NCBI GenBank assembly: GCA_002633005.1
Contig: NMRA01000368.1
Location: 384,522 to 448,521, forward strand
From: Phoronis australis
Lineage: Eukaryota; Animalia; Phoronida
Length of the DNA: 64,000 nucleotides
Direction: 5' to 3'
Below are positions 1-12,500 of this stretch, one piece after another. The notes beneath the pieces were generated by a model that saw only the letters and a program-made list of their open reading frames with translations, was not told where the DNA came from and made no database searches. A program made the position numbers and the translations under genes. Numbering within the stretch: the first letter of the stretch is position 1; each line of letters opens with the position of its first letter.

Positions 1-282
1 CGAGAAAAAGAATGGACAATGTACTAGCCATTCTACTGATTTTGGCTGCAATTAGGAGACGCCCAGTAAGTAATACGGCAGGCTATTTCTGTGAAGATTC
101 CATCATGATTTGACAGTTCACCAGTCTAAAAACAGAAAATCGTGTGACAATTCTATTCATGAGAGAGCAAAGAAGGCCAAAATCCACAAAGTTCTTGCTG
201 TGCGCCAGAAATGAAGACTGTCCACCCTACACTAGGGTAAGCTCGACTAGTTGACCAAAACGGGGTAAACCGAGTCCCATAC

Positions 283-508
283 CTCGTACGTCAACCTGTC
301 TCTGTTGTTGAACAGCATCAGAATACACATCTGGTAGGTAGACACCTGGATGATGTGCTTGCGCGGCCCCACTTTGCCCGAGCTGCTGCTAGCCCCACTT
401 TCCCCTACCTCCTCCTTCTTCGTCCCATAGAACGTGGCATTGAGATCTGCCGAGCCCAGCTGCGGCTGCAGTGTCAACTGCCTGCCGCTGTGTTTGGCTA
501 GATAAAAC
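283..508 (-). CDS. CUL3: cul3 coding exon 12, duplicate copy A
   Basis: 226 nt, [28 protein letters not shown]...[10 protein letters not shown]; CAG acceptor, GT donor. Confidence 0.9.
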
Positions 509-3500
509 CTGGAGGTTGGAAAAGCACCAAGTAAGGTCATGTACATTTTCAAAATTTTGAAAACATGTTCTACTGATTCTCGATCCATACTTTTTCTGTC
601 ATTCACTGTTTGTTCACAATGATTACTCCAAAATGCAAGTAGACTGTTCAGGGAGACATATTCATGCATGTAATAACACACCACCACACCATCTTAGCTA
701 TAACTTTCCACAAATTTGATCAATATTGACTCTACTAAGTGTATGCCAATGTGAATAGTTATCCCAACAATTGACAGCCTAATCAAAAATCAATACTTCA
801 GCACTGAAACAAACCCACCTGGTCATCATCAGTTTTAATCACTCTATCCTCGCACTGGTCAGTAATACATATTTAATTCCATCACTGACAAACAGTTCCA
901 AATACTGTGCGATTCTATAAATGGCAAGCTGAGTTTGTACATAAAATTTCCCTTTAGAGTTAAGGTAAAACCTCACCAATTTAGGGCAAAATTGGGCGAA
1001 CAAATGAAATAATATTTTATTTAATTCTCATTTTTTCATAAAAGATATGTAGCATCAAATTTATGCTTCACCACGTTCAAGTGGTGTTCCACAGCTACTA
1101 CCAGAAAACATTTTGAAAATTGCGGGCATTCACAATAATGTTAGAAACAAGAGCAATGCAGAGCGTTGAAAGGCGCCCACGAATGCTTCGCAAATGGTGT
1201 GCTTTTAGGGTTGTTTATTTGTGTCATAAAAATGGCCACTAGATGGCGCAAAAACGTACAATCCATCCGAAAACAGGAAAATGCCATTGCTTCCATAATA
1301 GAAAGCCATACACCAAATTTCATAGAAATCCATCACAGAACTTCAGAAAAACAAACGAAAAGAGAATAAAATGAAATTGCCACTAGGGGGCACACTGTTC
1401 ATTGGATCCGCCTGTAAGTCCTCATTGTCTGTTGTTAGCTTCATATAAATACACTTACTAATAAAATTTAGTAAAGATCCTGCAGTGGGTTTAGGAGATA
1501 CAGCTATGAGCGCAAAACAAAATAAAACAAAATGAAACTACCACTAGAAGGCGCCACAGTAGTCAAAGTTGTCATCGTCAACCGTCCTCTTCACACTGAG
1601 AACATATACGCCAATTTTTAAAATCATCCTCAGAATGATTTGGTTGATAGAGGGATAGACGCCAAAAAACAAACTCGAAAACAGCAAAAATGGCCACTAG
1701 GTGGTGAAAAATACCTAGATTCCATCCGAAAATGGGAGGATAGTGTCATCTCACCAACAGATGCCCGTATTCAAAATTTCATGAAAATCCGTGGAGGACC
1801 TTTAAAGATACAGAGGTAAAGGCAAAAATAAAATTGCCACCAGGGGGCACAACAGTAGTTAGATCTATTCGAAAATCGTCATGGTCTGATGTCAACATCA
1901 CATAAACGCACTTGTTAAATTTAGTAAAGATCCTCCAAACGGTTTAGGAGAAAAAGCCACGGGCAAAAAAAACGAAACTGCCACTAGGAGGCGCCACAGT
2001 AGTCAAAGTCATCAGNAAGTCATACATCCCATGAGCGGTGTTTCGCCTTTTTCGCACGGGATTTGGACAATTATATATACAATCAGCAATTCACCAGTAT
2101 GTGTTAACTAGATAACCCGATTTCTCTGTGTTTATTTGATATATTTCATCACTGGCCAACCTCAGCGTCTATATATTTACTATGAAAGAAAATTGTCAGA
2201 CTGAACTAATTTCTTCTGCAACATTCGAGAAAAAGAATGGACAATGTACTAGCCATTCTACTGATTTTGGCTGCAATTAGGAGACGCCCAGTAAGTAATA
2301 CGGCAGGCTATTTCTGTGAAGATTCCATCATGATTTGACAGTTCACCAGTCTAAAAACAGAAAATCGTGTGACAATTCTATTCATGAGAGAGCAAAGAAG
2401 GCCAATATCCACAAAGTTCTCGCTGTGCGCCAGAAATGAAGACTGTCCACCCTACATTAGGGTAAGCTCGACTAGTTGACCAAAATGGGGTAAACCGAGT
2501 ACCGTACCTCGTACGTCAGCCTGTCTCTGTTGTTGAACAGCATCAAAATACACATCTGGTAGGTGGACACCTGAATGATGTGCTTGCGCGGCCCCACTTT
2601 GCCCGAGCTGCTGCTAGCCCCACTTTCCCCTACCTCCTCCTTCTTCGTCCCATAGAACGTGGCATTGAGATCTGCCGAGCCCAGCTGCGGCTGCAGTGTC
2701 AACTGCCTGCCGCTGTGTTTGGCTAGATAAAACCTGGAGGTTGGAAAAGCACCAAGTAAGGTCATGTACATTTTCAAAATTTTGAAAACATGTTCTACTA
2801 ATTCTCGATCCATACTTTTTCTGTCATTCACTGTTTGTTCACAAAAATTACTCCAAAATGCAAGTAGACTGTTCAAGAAGACATATTCCTGCATGTAATA
2901 ACACATCTTAGCTATAACTTTCCACAAATTTGATCAATATTGGCTCTACTAAGTGTATGCCAATGTGAATAGTTATCCCAACAATTGACAGCCTAATCAA
3001 AAATCAATACTTCAGCACTGAAACAAACCCACCTGGTCATCATCAGTTTTAATCACTCTATCCTCGCACTGGTCAGTAATACACATTTAATTCCATCACT
3101 GACAAACAGTTCCAAATACTGTGCAATTCTATAATGGCAAGCTGAGTTTGCACGTAAAATTTCCCATTAGAGTTAAGGTAAAACCTCACCAATTTAGGGC
3201 AAAATTAGGCGAACAAGTGAGATTTTATTTTATTTAATTCTCATTTTTTCATAAAAGATATGTAGCATCAAATTTATGCTTCACCACGTTCAAGTGGTGT
3301 TCCACAGCTACCACCAGAAAACATTTTGAAAATTGCGGGCATTCACAATAATGTTAGAAACAAGAGCAATGCAGAGCGTTGAAAGGCGCCCACGAATGCT
3401 TCGCAAATGGTGTGCTGTTAGGGTTGTTTATCAGTGTCATAAAAATGGCCACTAGATGGCGCAAAAAAGTACAATCTATCTGAAAACGGGAAAATGTCAT

Positions 3501-6500
3501 TGCTTCTTTAATAGAAAGCCATACACCAAATTTCATAGAAATCCGTCACGGAACTTCAGAGAAACAAACGAAAAGAGAATAAAATGAAATTGCCACTAGG
3601 GGGCACACTGTTCATTGGATCCGCCTGAAAGTCGTCATTGTCTGTTGTTAGCTTCATGTAAATAAACTTACTAATAAAATTTAATAAAGATGTCAACATC
3701 ATATAAACACACTTGTTAAATTTAGTAAAGATCCTGCAAACGGTTTAGGAGAAAAAGCCATGGGCGAAAAAAACGAAACTGCCACTAGGAGGCGCCACAG
3801 TAGTCGAAGTCATCTGAAAATCGTCATCACTTGTTAACTTCATAGTAAAAACATACATGCTAATTTTCTCAATTATCCTGAAAGCAAAATTTCATGAACA
3901 TACGTCAAACAGTTTTGGAGTTAGAGCAGCGGACGCCGGACAGACACAGGACAGACACCGCCCAGACGGACGGAGATGACTGCATAATGGGTCCACATAT
4001 AAATATATGGGCGCATAAAAATGGCCTCTAGGTGGCACAAACTACGTCGAATCCATCCGAAAATGAGAGGATACCATCGTCTCACTAATATATGCCTACA
4101 TAGCAAATTTTTTAAAAATATGTTGAGGACCTTTGAAGATAGAGGTAAACGTAAAAAACTAAAATTGCCACTAGGGCGCACACCGGTAGTCGAATCCGTC
4201 AGAAACTTCGCTCATGCTGTCCCATCCATGAAAGGAACACATGTGCAACATTTCATGAAAGTAAGTCAACCGGTTTTGGAGACAGAGCAGCAGACGTCGG
4301 ATGGACGGACGCCGGACGGACGCCGCCCGGACGGACAGAGATAACAGAATAATGCGTCCACATATAAATATGTGGGCGCTTAAAAAGGGAATTTTGGCAA
4401 TTATTTATGTCAAAAGTTGACGAGATTCACTCCTCCCCCAACACCCCCGTCCCCCGCACACACACCCCGGCCCTTCCCTGCTAACCTCCTGAATGCTTCA
4501 AATGCATGTCTGGGTGACACTGGAATCGTGCACTTGGGAGTGGAAGCTTGTGTCGGCCAGAAGCCTGTCGTGAGCACCCGCACAAATAGATCGACACCGT
4601 GGAGATTAGTCTGTAAACAAGAGAGATCAACTGATATGAAGCTTTGCCCTTTTTCATTGATTAGCCTGGAAACTATTTCTGTCATTTTCAGGTGAATGCA
4701 AGATGTGATGTTCAAGGAGAGAAGCCAAACACTTTCAATGGTACCTTTATACAAGTATTGTTAAATTTCCGTCTACACTTTGTTCTGTTACCATTAACGA
4801 CATATGTATTACAGAATAAATTCATCGAATTAAAGTAATTTACATTTTAACGAAACGAAACATCAAAAAATGATTAAACATTCCCCTTTGAGGCACACTT
4901 AAAGTTCACGTAGCTTTTATAAAAACATCGAGAAGAGCATGTCCTCCGCTGTACTTACTGACGACGTCTGTACGTGCGTCTTGAACTCGTCCATTGTACT
5001 GTTGGATACAGTCATGTCCTTGAACATGCCTTCCAGCTTGGAGGTGAACTGACAACCACACTCCGTCTGAAAACAGAGACAAAACAATGCAAACAACACC
5101 AACACCTTCGCTTGATATCCCCGACAAACACGTTAGCATCAAAAGCCAAGCAGAATGCCATGTAATTAAAGGATTAAGCCCCCTCTGTTGCCAATGCAAC
5201 ACATCACAAAGAATGATCAAGACATGAAAACAGAAGCACAAATACCAAAGTATGTGACATCACAGTCTGCTGCATTTTCCAAAGTATTGTTAATGTTTTC
5301 CCTTCATCTTGCTCGAACTATGTTGAGGCAGGAAGGAAGGTAGATACAACACTACGTCGAGACAAGAAGGAAGGTAGCTAATCAAAACATTTTATTTTGT
5401 ATGATTCATATGTAAGTTGCACAACTAAAAAAGAGCAATGCGCAGCGTTGAAGTGCGCCCACGAATGCATTACAAATGGTGTGCTTTTAGGGTTATTTAT
5501 TTGTATCATAAAAATGGCCACTAGATGGCGCAAAAAAATACAATCCATCCAAAAACAGGAACATGCCATATTTCTTAAAAATCTGTCAAGGAACTTCAGA
5601 GAAACAAAGGAAAACAGAATAAAATGAAATTGCCACTAATGGGCACAATGTCTGTTGGATCCGCCTGAAAGTCATCGTCATCTGTAGTCAACATCATATA
5701 AATACACTTGCTAAATTAAGTAAAGATCCTGCGAACGGTTTAGGAGATACAGCCATAGGCGCAACAAAAAACAAAACTGCCAATAGGAGGTGCCACAGTA
5801 GTCAAAATCGTCGGAAAATCATCGTCAATCGTCCTCTTTTTAGAAAGCACATACATGCCAATTTTCACAATCATCCTTTGTGCGGTTTGGTTGATAGAGA
5901 GGTGGACGCAAAAAACAGCCTCGAAAACAGTAAAAATGGCCACCAGGTGGCGAAAACTATGTCGAATCCATCCGAAAACGGGAGGATAGTGTCATCTCAC
6001 TAATAGGTGCCTACATACCAAATTTCATGAAAATCTGTTCAGGACTTTTGAGGATACAAAGGTAAGCGTAAAAAACTAAAATTGCCACTAGGGGGCACAC
6101 CTGTAATCGAATCTGTCCGAAAGTTCGCTCATGCCGTCCCATTCATGAATGGAACATATGTGCCATGAACGTATGTCAAAGGGTTTTGGAGATAGAGCAG
6201 CGGATGCCGAACGTCGGATGCCGGACAGACACCGCCCAGACAACGGATGGAGATGACGGCATAATGCGTCCACATATAAATATGTGGGCGCATAAAAAAC
6301 AGTGCAGGAGACCTGATGTCATTTGCGGTGCATCAGACGTGGGCAGGTCCCATGGTTGGGCCCATTGCACAAAACACCTCAGCTACAGCACGAGAGCCCC
6401 ATTATGGTTCTTCGTGAAGTTTTCACGTCTGCTCGTCTCCTTTAAGAAAACGGACAGACATTTCCATTTGTTGCCAAGCACTATAGTTTGTAGGAATGTA

Positions 6501-9500
6501 ACAGTGCCATCCAATTGCTTGCTCCTTAGCCTATAAAAAGTTTGGCAATACTCTACCAAGTGTTTAGGGGATTCTACGTCAGTACCGTACTTTATTACAA
6601 GGGACACACTGGGTTTCCCCATATGACCAGTAATGTGTCAGTGTCAGGCTAGGTTACAATGGCCTGTCAAAATTTGAATGACGTGTCTTATGCCCAATCT
6701 ATCTAGCCTAGTTGCATTACTAACATCAATAGCAGTTTCAATGAGAAACATATTAAGAAATTCTTGACAGAACTCCCCATACCTACTTCTTATGGTCAGG
6801 TATACATGTACATATTTCGGCAATGAAATACTTTGTTTTACACTTAAAAATCATTCTTTGGGTTTATCACTTTGTAAATAAAAGGTTTTTTGGTCATGTA
6901 TACAATGTAAAATCAGTTGTGCAAAGGAAAACAACCTAAGATCTAATCCAGGGTAAAGTGTCCCAGCTGATGATTCTTTCCACTCTTTTGAACATTTATG
7001 TTCTACAGTACATGCCAAAAGTGATCAGACAAAATGACCCAGAATTCCGTCATGACGATTGGGCAGAAGCTGAATTCATCATAAGAGTAGTCTTCCTTCA
7101 TGATTCAAAAAGAAGTGGAAGCAACAGTAAGGTGGCCAGAAATTCCTTGTTGGTAAACCGAATTCGCTCTCGTGACGGGAAAATGGCATTTTGTCCAATT
7201 TGCTTTCATTTGTTGGTTCCTATAATTTTTTAGAGATTTATGGGTGAAAGGAATTTGCTTGAGTGAATAAGATTTCTACAGCTTTCAAGAACAATGCTAT
7301 TTTCATTTTAGCAGCGAGAACTGCCAGCAGACGTACCTTTAACTTAGATATCATGTTCTTTTCGGAGTCGTCTGACACACTCTTATTGAGCAGCAGTCTC
7401 TTGGCCAGGTGTTGCTTGTAGTACCGCTCAAACACATCCTTCTCCTGAAGGAACCGGAACAGCACCATGCTCTTGTCTAGTACGTTCTCAATCTCCTGCT
7501 CAGACATCTGAGGCCACAAGAATTATAATGCATTTACCACATAATTGAATAAGCTGTGCAGAAAATGAAAACTGCAGTCATTCAATACATAACTGAATCA
7601 GTTTTGCAGTAAAATGACAACTTGTCATTCAATATGAAACTGAAATGGACTTACAGCAAATGACAACAGTTGTCATTTGATATGTAATTGAATCAGCCTT
7701 ACAGTAAATGACAAACCATTGTCCAGTAAACAGAGAACGCCGAAGTGCAAAAGTAAACATACACCATTAAAACAAAATTTCGCATCACCATTTTTAACAG
7801 CTGGTCCATTTCATATTCAAGCATTACCAACAGTTTGCAATAGGATTAAGGTTTACAGTTTTTTTACTCTTAAGGTCAATAAAATGCGAAGTTATTTAAT
7901 CTTCACCCACATGGCACTGCTACACCAAGTAAAGTACAGCAAACCTCTGATTAAGGGGTCAATATGCACTATTGGAAAAGCCTGGCTACACTCCAATTTA
8001 TTCTGATCATTGAAGATAAGGCCTTGTAACCTAGTTGCAGAATGATTGCTACCAACATTTTGAGATTGAGAGAGTGCCTCCCACTAGACCACACTCTCTG
8101 GTCTCATAATCATGTTTAAATTCATGGATGGTAGCACACCTAGTGGTAGCTCAGACTATAATATCTTTATTTCTTGAAAAAAACACTCACCTATTACTAT
8201 TTACAATGGCAGCCAGTTCAGTTTATGTGAGCTTCAATGTCTTGTTCTGATTCAAAGTACAGGGTTGCATTCCCAGAGCCATGCCTATAACCAAACTAGC
8301 TACAGCCAGGCACACAACTTGTAATAACTAGCTACAGCCAGGAATGCAACTTGTGATAAAAACAACCACGTTCTCAATTTTTTAGCTAAAGGCATACCCC
8401 TTTGACTCCTTTCTTGAGCTTGTCGTCGATGAAGAGCGACAGGTATTCTGGACTCTTCTGGTTGAGGTTGATAAAGTACTCGAAGTCACCGGAAATCATC
8501 TGCTTGAACAGCTTGTCACCGCTAAATGACTCATACAGGAAGTGGTCGAACCTGTCCTTCAGGTCAAGCAGGTTCTGCAAGCATACATAAAACATGTCAC
8601 ACAGTTGTTCCAACACAAAAACTGGCAAAACCTTATGCATATGGACTAGTGTACTGAATTACTGTTCATAGAAATAGGTCAGCTGATGTCTAGAACAGCG
8701 TTCAAAGACCAGCCAAAATATCGACCCACTTCAGTTGCAAAAATGGCCATCACTCCAAACGTGAATTTTCACTTCATACTGTTGCAGTACCACCATATAT
8801 GACACGGCTTCAACTCTCACCTAAGGCTCGTGTTTCAAAAACATCCACAACACTGATTTACTGGTCTGTGCAAATTTATCACTAGAACTTACATTGTTAA
8901 GCATAGATTAACTCACTGAATTGTTGCATATATTGGAGTCTACAGACCTGGACAAAGGTTATTGCGTTCTTGCCACCATCTTCTTCAGCCACCAGGGCCT
9001 TGCCCTGCTCTCTTAGGTATTGGCTGATACAGTCTGACATGGTCTTCAGACCAGATGGCACTCGGATAAACAGCTTGTACATGCAAGCAAGGTCTGTAAG
9101 TAATGAGCATGGATGCTAGGATAACTAACAAATGAACATGGTTGGTGATGGGGTGGGTTCACAGTAAATCACTACTACAATGCTTCAGTCACGACATTTA
9201 GTAAAATCACGTCAAGAGTAACACAAGATTTTGATAGTGTTTTTAAGTTAGCGACTTTTCTATCCACCACCAAACTGGCCACATCAACTCTTTTGTGTCA
9301 AATCATGGGAGTAAATGATACTCTGATCATGATATCCACTTTTTCAGTATCAATCAGGCCAAAATCAAGTATTGGCCACCAAACTATCATCACAATCCCT
9401 TAAGCCTCCATAATGGCCCACGCGGTTGCTCTACTACATTCCACAGTAACATACAAAGCACTAAGTAAACTTTACTACTATTCACATAGTGCTCACGGAC

Positions 9501-12500
9501 TACCTGACCCACCTTCTGTTCTGTTATTTTTCAGCATGTGAACGACGCCAGAGTTCTCCATCTCCACTATCGTTCTCATGTGTTTGCTAATTAGTTCCTC
9601 CTCTAGCACGCGCACTATTGGTTCCTCTGTCGACTTGTCCAGGTAGTGCTTTGCCCGCTCGCCTTCCTCATTGATTCGAGCTTCTACCTTCTTAATGTAG
9701 ACCGATGCACTGTTCTCGGCCAGGAACTTTTGGCTCTCCGCCTAGGTTTGATATGTCACAGGTTACTGATGTTGAGTTGTGTTTAACAAACAAGCAATCC
9801 AATCAAAACACCAACCAAGTTGACCCACAAATATTCTAAAACAACAGGATAAGCCAAAAACAAAGCGCAATTACCTTGTCTTTGAAAATCGAGTCAGTGG
9901 TCCGCTATTCTTTTTAGTTACAAACTTTTTCAAAAAGTAAAAACCGCCTGAAACCAACAAAAATGAAGCGAGATTCGTTTTTTACTCATCCTTTAGCAAA
10001 TAATGGCGTTTGACTTTGGCTATCCTTGTTTACCTGCCTTTATGCAGCTTTCAAAAACGAGACCTCGGCTGAAACCGATGCACGCTGGCATTATTTTATA
10101 ATTTAGTCGGTGGGCCATCTTTGCTTTTTGGCCTTATAGAATAGTTGAAAGAACTACGTGAAATGCTGTTTGCAAAAATTTGAAATTGAAATAAAAGAGA
10201 TATTGAAATTGTACTGAAGACAATTCTAAAAAATTACCCCTCGTGGATAACACACCTTGTAAAACTCAGCAGACTGTTCCAGGAATGCCCTCTCAAAGTC
10301 TTCCTCGTAGACTAGCCTCGAGTCAATGCCTAATGTCATCAACATCTGACATGCATTCTTGACGGCTAGTCTGTAAAACAAATAACCAACAACTAGAGTC
10401 GCAGTAGACAAAGTGTTTCAATACCTTGTAGTCACAGGTCACTGTTGCTATTTGTTCCAGGTATTTTGCTATCCTAGACAACTTCTACTACTTCAATAAT
10501 TGCTTTTCTCTTATTTTGGTAAATGATAGTGCGTTAAGTCTATAAAGGACATCAATGTCAAGTGAACCAATGCAGAACATAGTCTGACTCATTTCAATGA
10601 CTTGGAGATTTCACAAATAAGGAATGGATCAAAAGCAACCTCCAAAAACATTTTTACATGCCAAATATAAAACAGTCGTAAAATAATTCTTCTTGCTTAA
10701 TCTGCAAGTACTGCATAGTGATTTTAACAACAATATAAGATGCCATGGCCTTATGGTTTTAAGATACCGAGAAAAACTGGGACGCAACATATCTCCAAGC
10801 GCTCCAACCATTAACTCACAAATTTCTAAACTTCAAATGAAATGGCTTACAAGAATGTACTTAAAAACTAAATTGGTCATAAAATGTTCCACATAAATAC
10901 CTAGTTGTCCTCGTAGCAATCCACGAGTGGATGTGTGTAGGAAAGGAAATTATTGTAAACCATACATCAGATGTCGCGCTACACGTAAATGTTTACCTAT
11001 AGTTTATAATAAATGTTAAAAAACTCACTTGTCGACAACCTCGCCCTTGCGCTCCTTGGCTACCATGTCCAGCAGTATGTTCTGCAGATGGTCGCGAATC
11101 TCTTTGAAGCGCACCACTTCATCCCGAAATATCATCAGGCCCAGGTTGTACACATTGTCAACGTTGTTCTGCTGAACGTACACCCGGTCCTGCGGAGAGA
11201 GCGTTTGCGAATCAAATCAACCGCTTCCAAGAACCACACAGCAATAATTCGGTGAGAAGAACATCATCATTTTGGAACCAGAAAAAATGGAGCTTGCGGC
11301 AAAAACTCAAACCACAACAGAAGCAATCGATGAAATACAAATTAGTTCAATGTGCACTCATGTAAAGCAACAGGTACTAGCTCAAAACAAAATATCTACA
11401 ACAGGAACAACAACTCTTCTGCCCATTACTTTATTTTAGGCAAAAAGCAATTTTTTAAAGTTTGCCACTCTATATGTCTTTAAGACAGGCGTGTCCTGGT
11501 CCAAACAGGTTTGATGAAATGTATCACCCTACGTACAACTTTTTAGAGCAAATTAAATGACGGACACACATTGAGTTTAAACGCGAGTAATTGTGATTGG
11601 TCAATGGCAGTCAATGCATTAACAAAACAAGGAATTTCAGGTCATTTAAGCCAGGACAATAACCTTTAGCCAGACTGATAATAAAGAAAATTAAAATAGA
11701 ACTTTCTAGAACTAAGTAAAGCATCGTGACCCCCATTTAATTATTTCGCGAAAAATTACATTTTTGTTATCAGTTAGCCTTGAACAATGCACCTTCCCAG
11801 TTTTACTCTCCACTCACCATGTACATGAGAATGTCTCGGATCATCACCATGGACGTCTGGTGGTCGTTCCAGGCCGCATTCAAAGTGTGTAGGAAATTAT
11901 TGTTTAATGAATCCTTTACATCAACTCGCACCTAGAAAAAAACAAGGTTAATCAATGAATGTAGATCAGTGGAATGATAAATTTTTAACACAGCTTCTTT
12001 ATAACGTTACAAGTAAAATAGAAAACACGAGCCTTATTTTATCAAACAGGTCATATGCCCAGTCATAGTCAAGATGGTGGTGGTCATAACTTCGATCTCA
12101 TTGGCGCCATTTATACAACGTGGTTTACAAAGGAAGTCGTTCAATAATGTACTTGTGAGCAGTAGTCAAGTTACGTCACTAGCAAGGCTTTGCTCAAGAT
12201 TATAATAATGTGCTCACGTTTATCTCAGATAACATGACTTTGAAATTATTCTATGATGACTTTTTGAAATCACCTGAAAAATCCTAAAAACTTTGTATGA
12301 AGTCAAAAACTTGAGTGACTAAAGCATTCCCAAAATACATTTCGACGACTACAGCCTTGTCCAACATAATTTAAAATCAACAAAAAGAAATAAGTAGTCT
12401 ATTTTAATAACTATCCTTCCATTGAATTATGACTGCCCACCGAATGGGATAAGGGAGGTGACTGGAAGACTTATTTTGCTTTAAAGTGGAACTTGCTCGT

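Larger units (their letters stand above)
1..3815. repeat. Near-identical direct duplication across the N at 2016 (1-2015 vs 2226-3815), probable uncollapsed haplotypes
   Basis: Position 1 realigns at 2226; scattered SNPs and small indels plus one indel of about 410 bp. Confidence 0.85.

Noticed and set aside
247-687. Full-length ORF-track products at 247-687, 2472-2927, 13170-13565, 15039-15434, 21708-22415, 32566-33084
   Set aside because: They are exons read through into intron sequence, not standalone genes.
1146-6299. Regularly spaced short repeats suggesting a CRISPR array
   Set aside because: Eukaryotic intron; the spacers are about 130 bp and related to each other, repeats are degenerate, and there are no cas genes.
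8025-8101. A-box-like GTGGTCTAGTGG on the minus strand suggesting a tRNA or SINE
   Set aside because: No B-box or cloverleaf; too degenerate to call.
8296-8358. 32-bp two-copy tandem repeat; similar short duplications at 5325-5378 and 40008-40067
   Set aside because: Ordinary local slippage duplications with no further structure.
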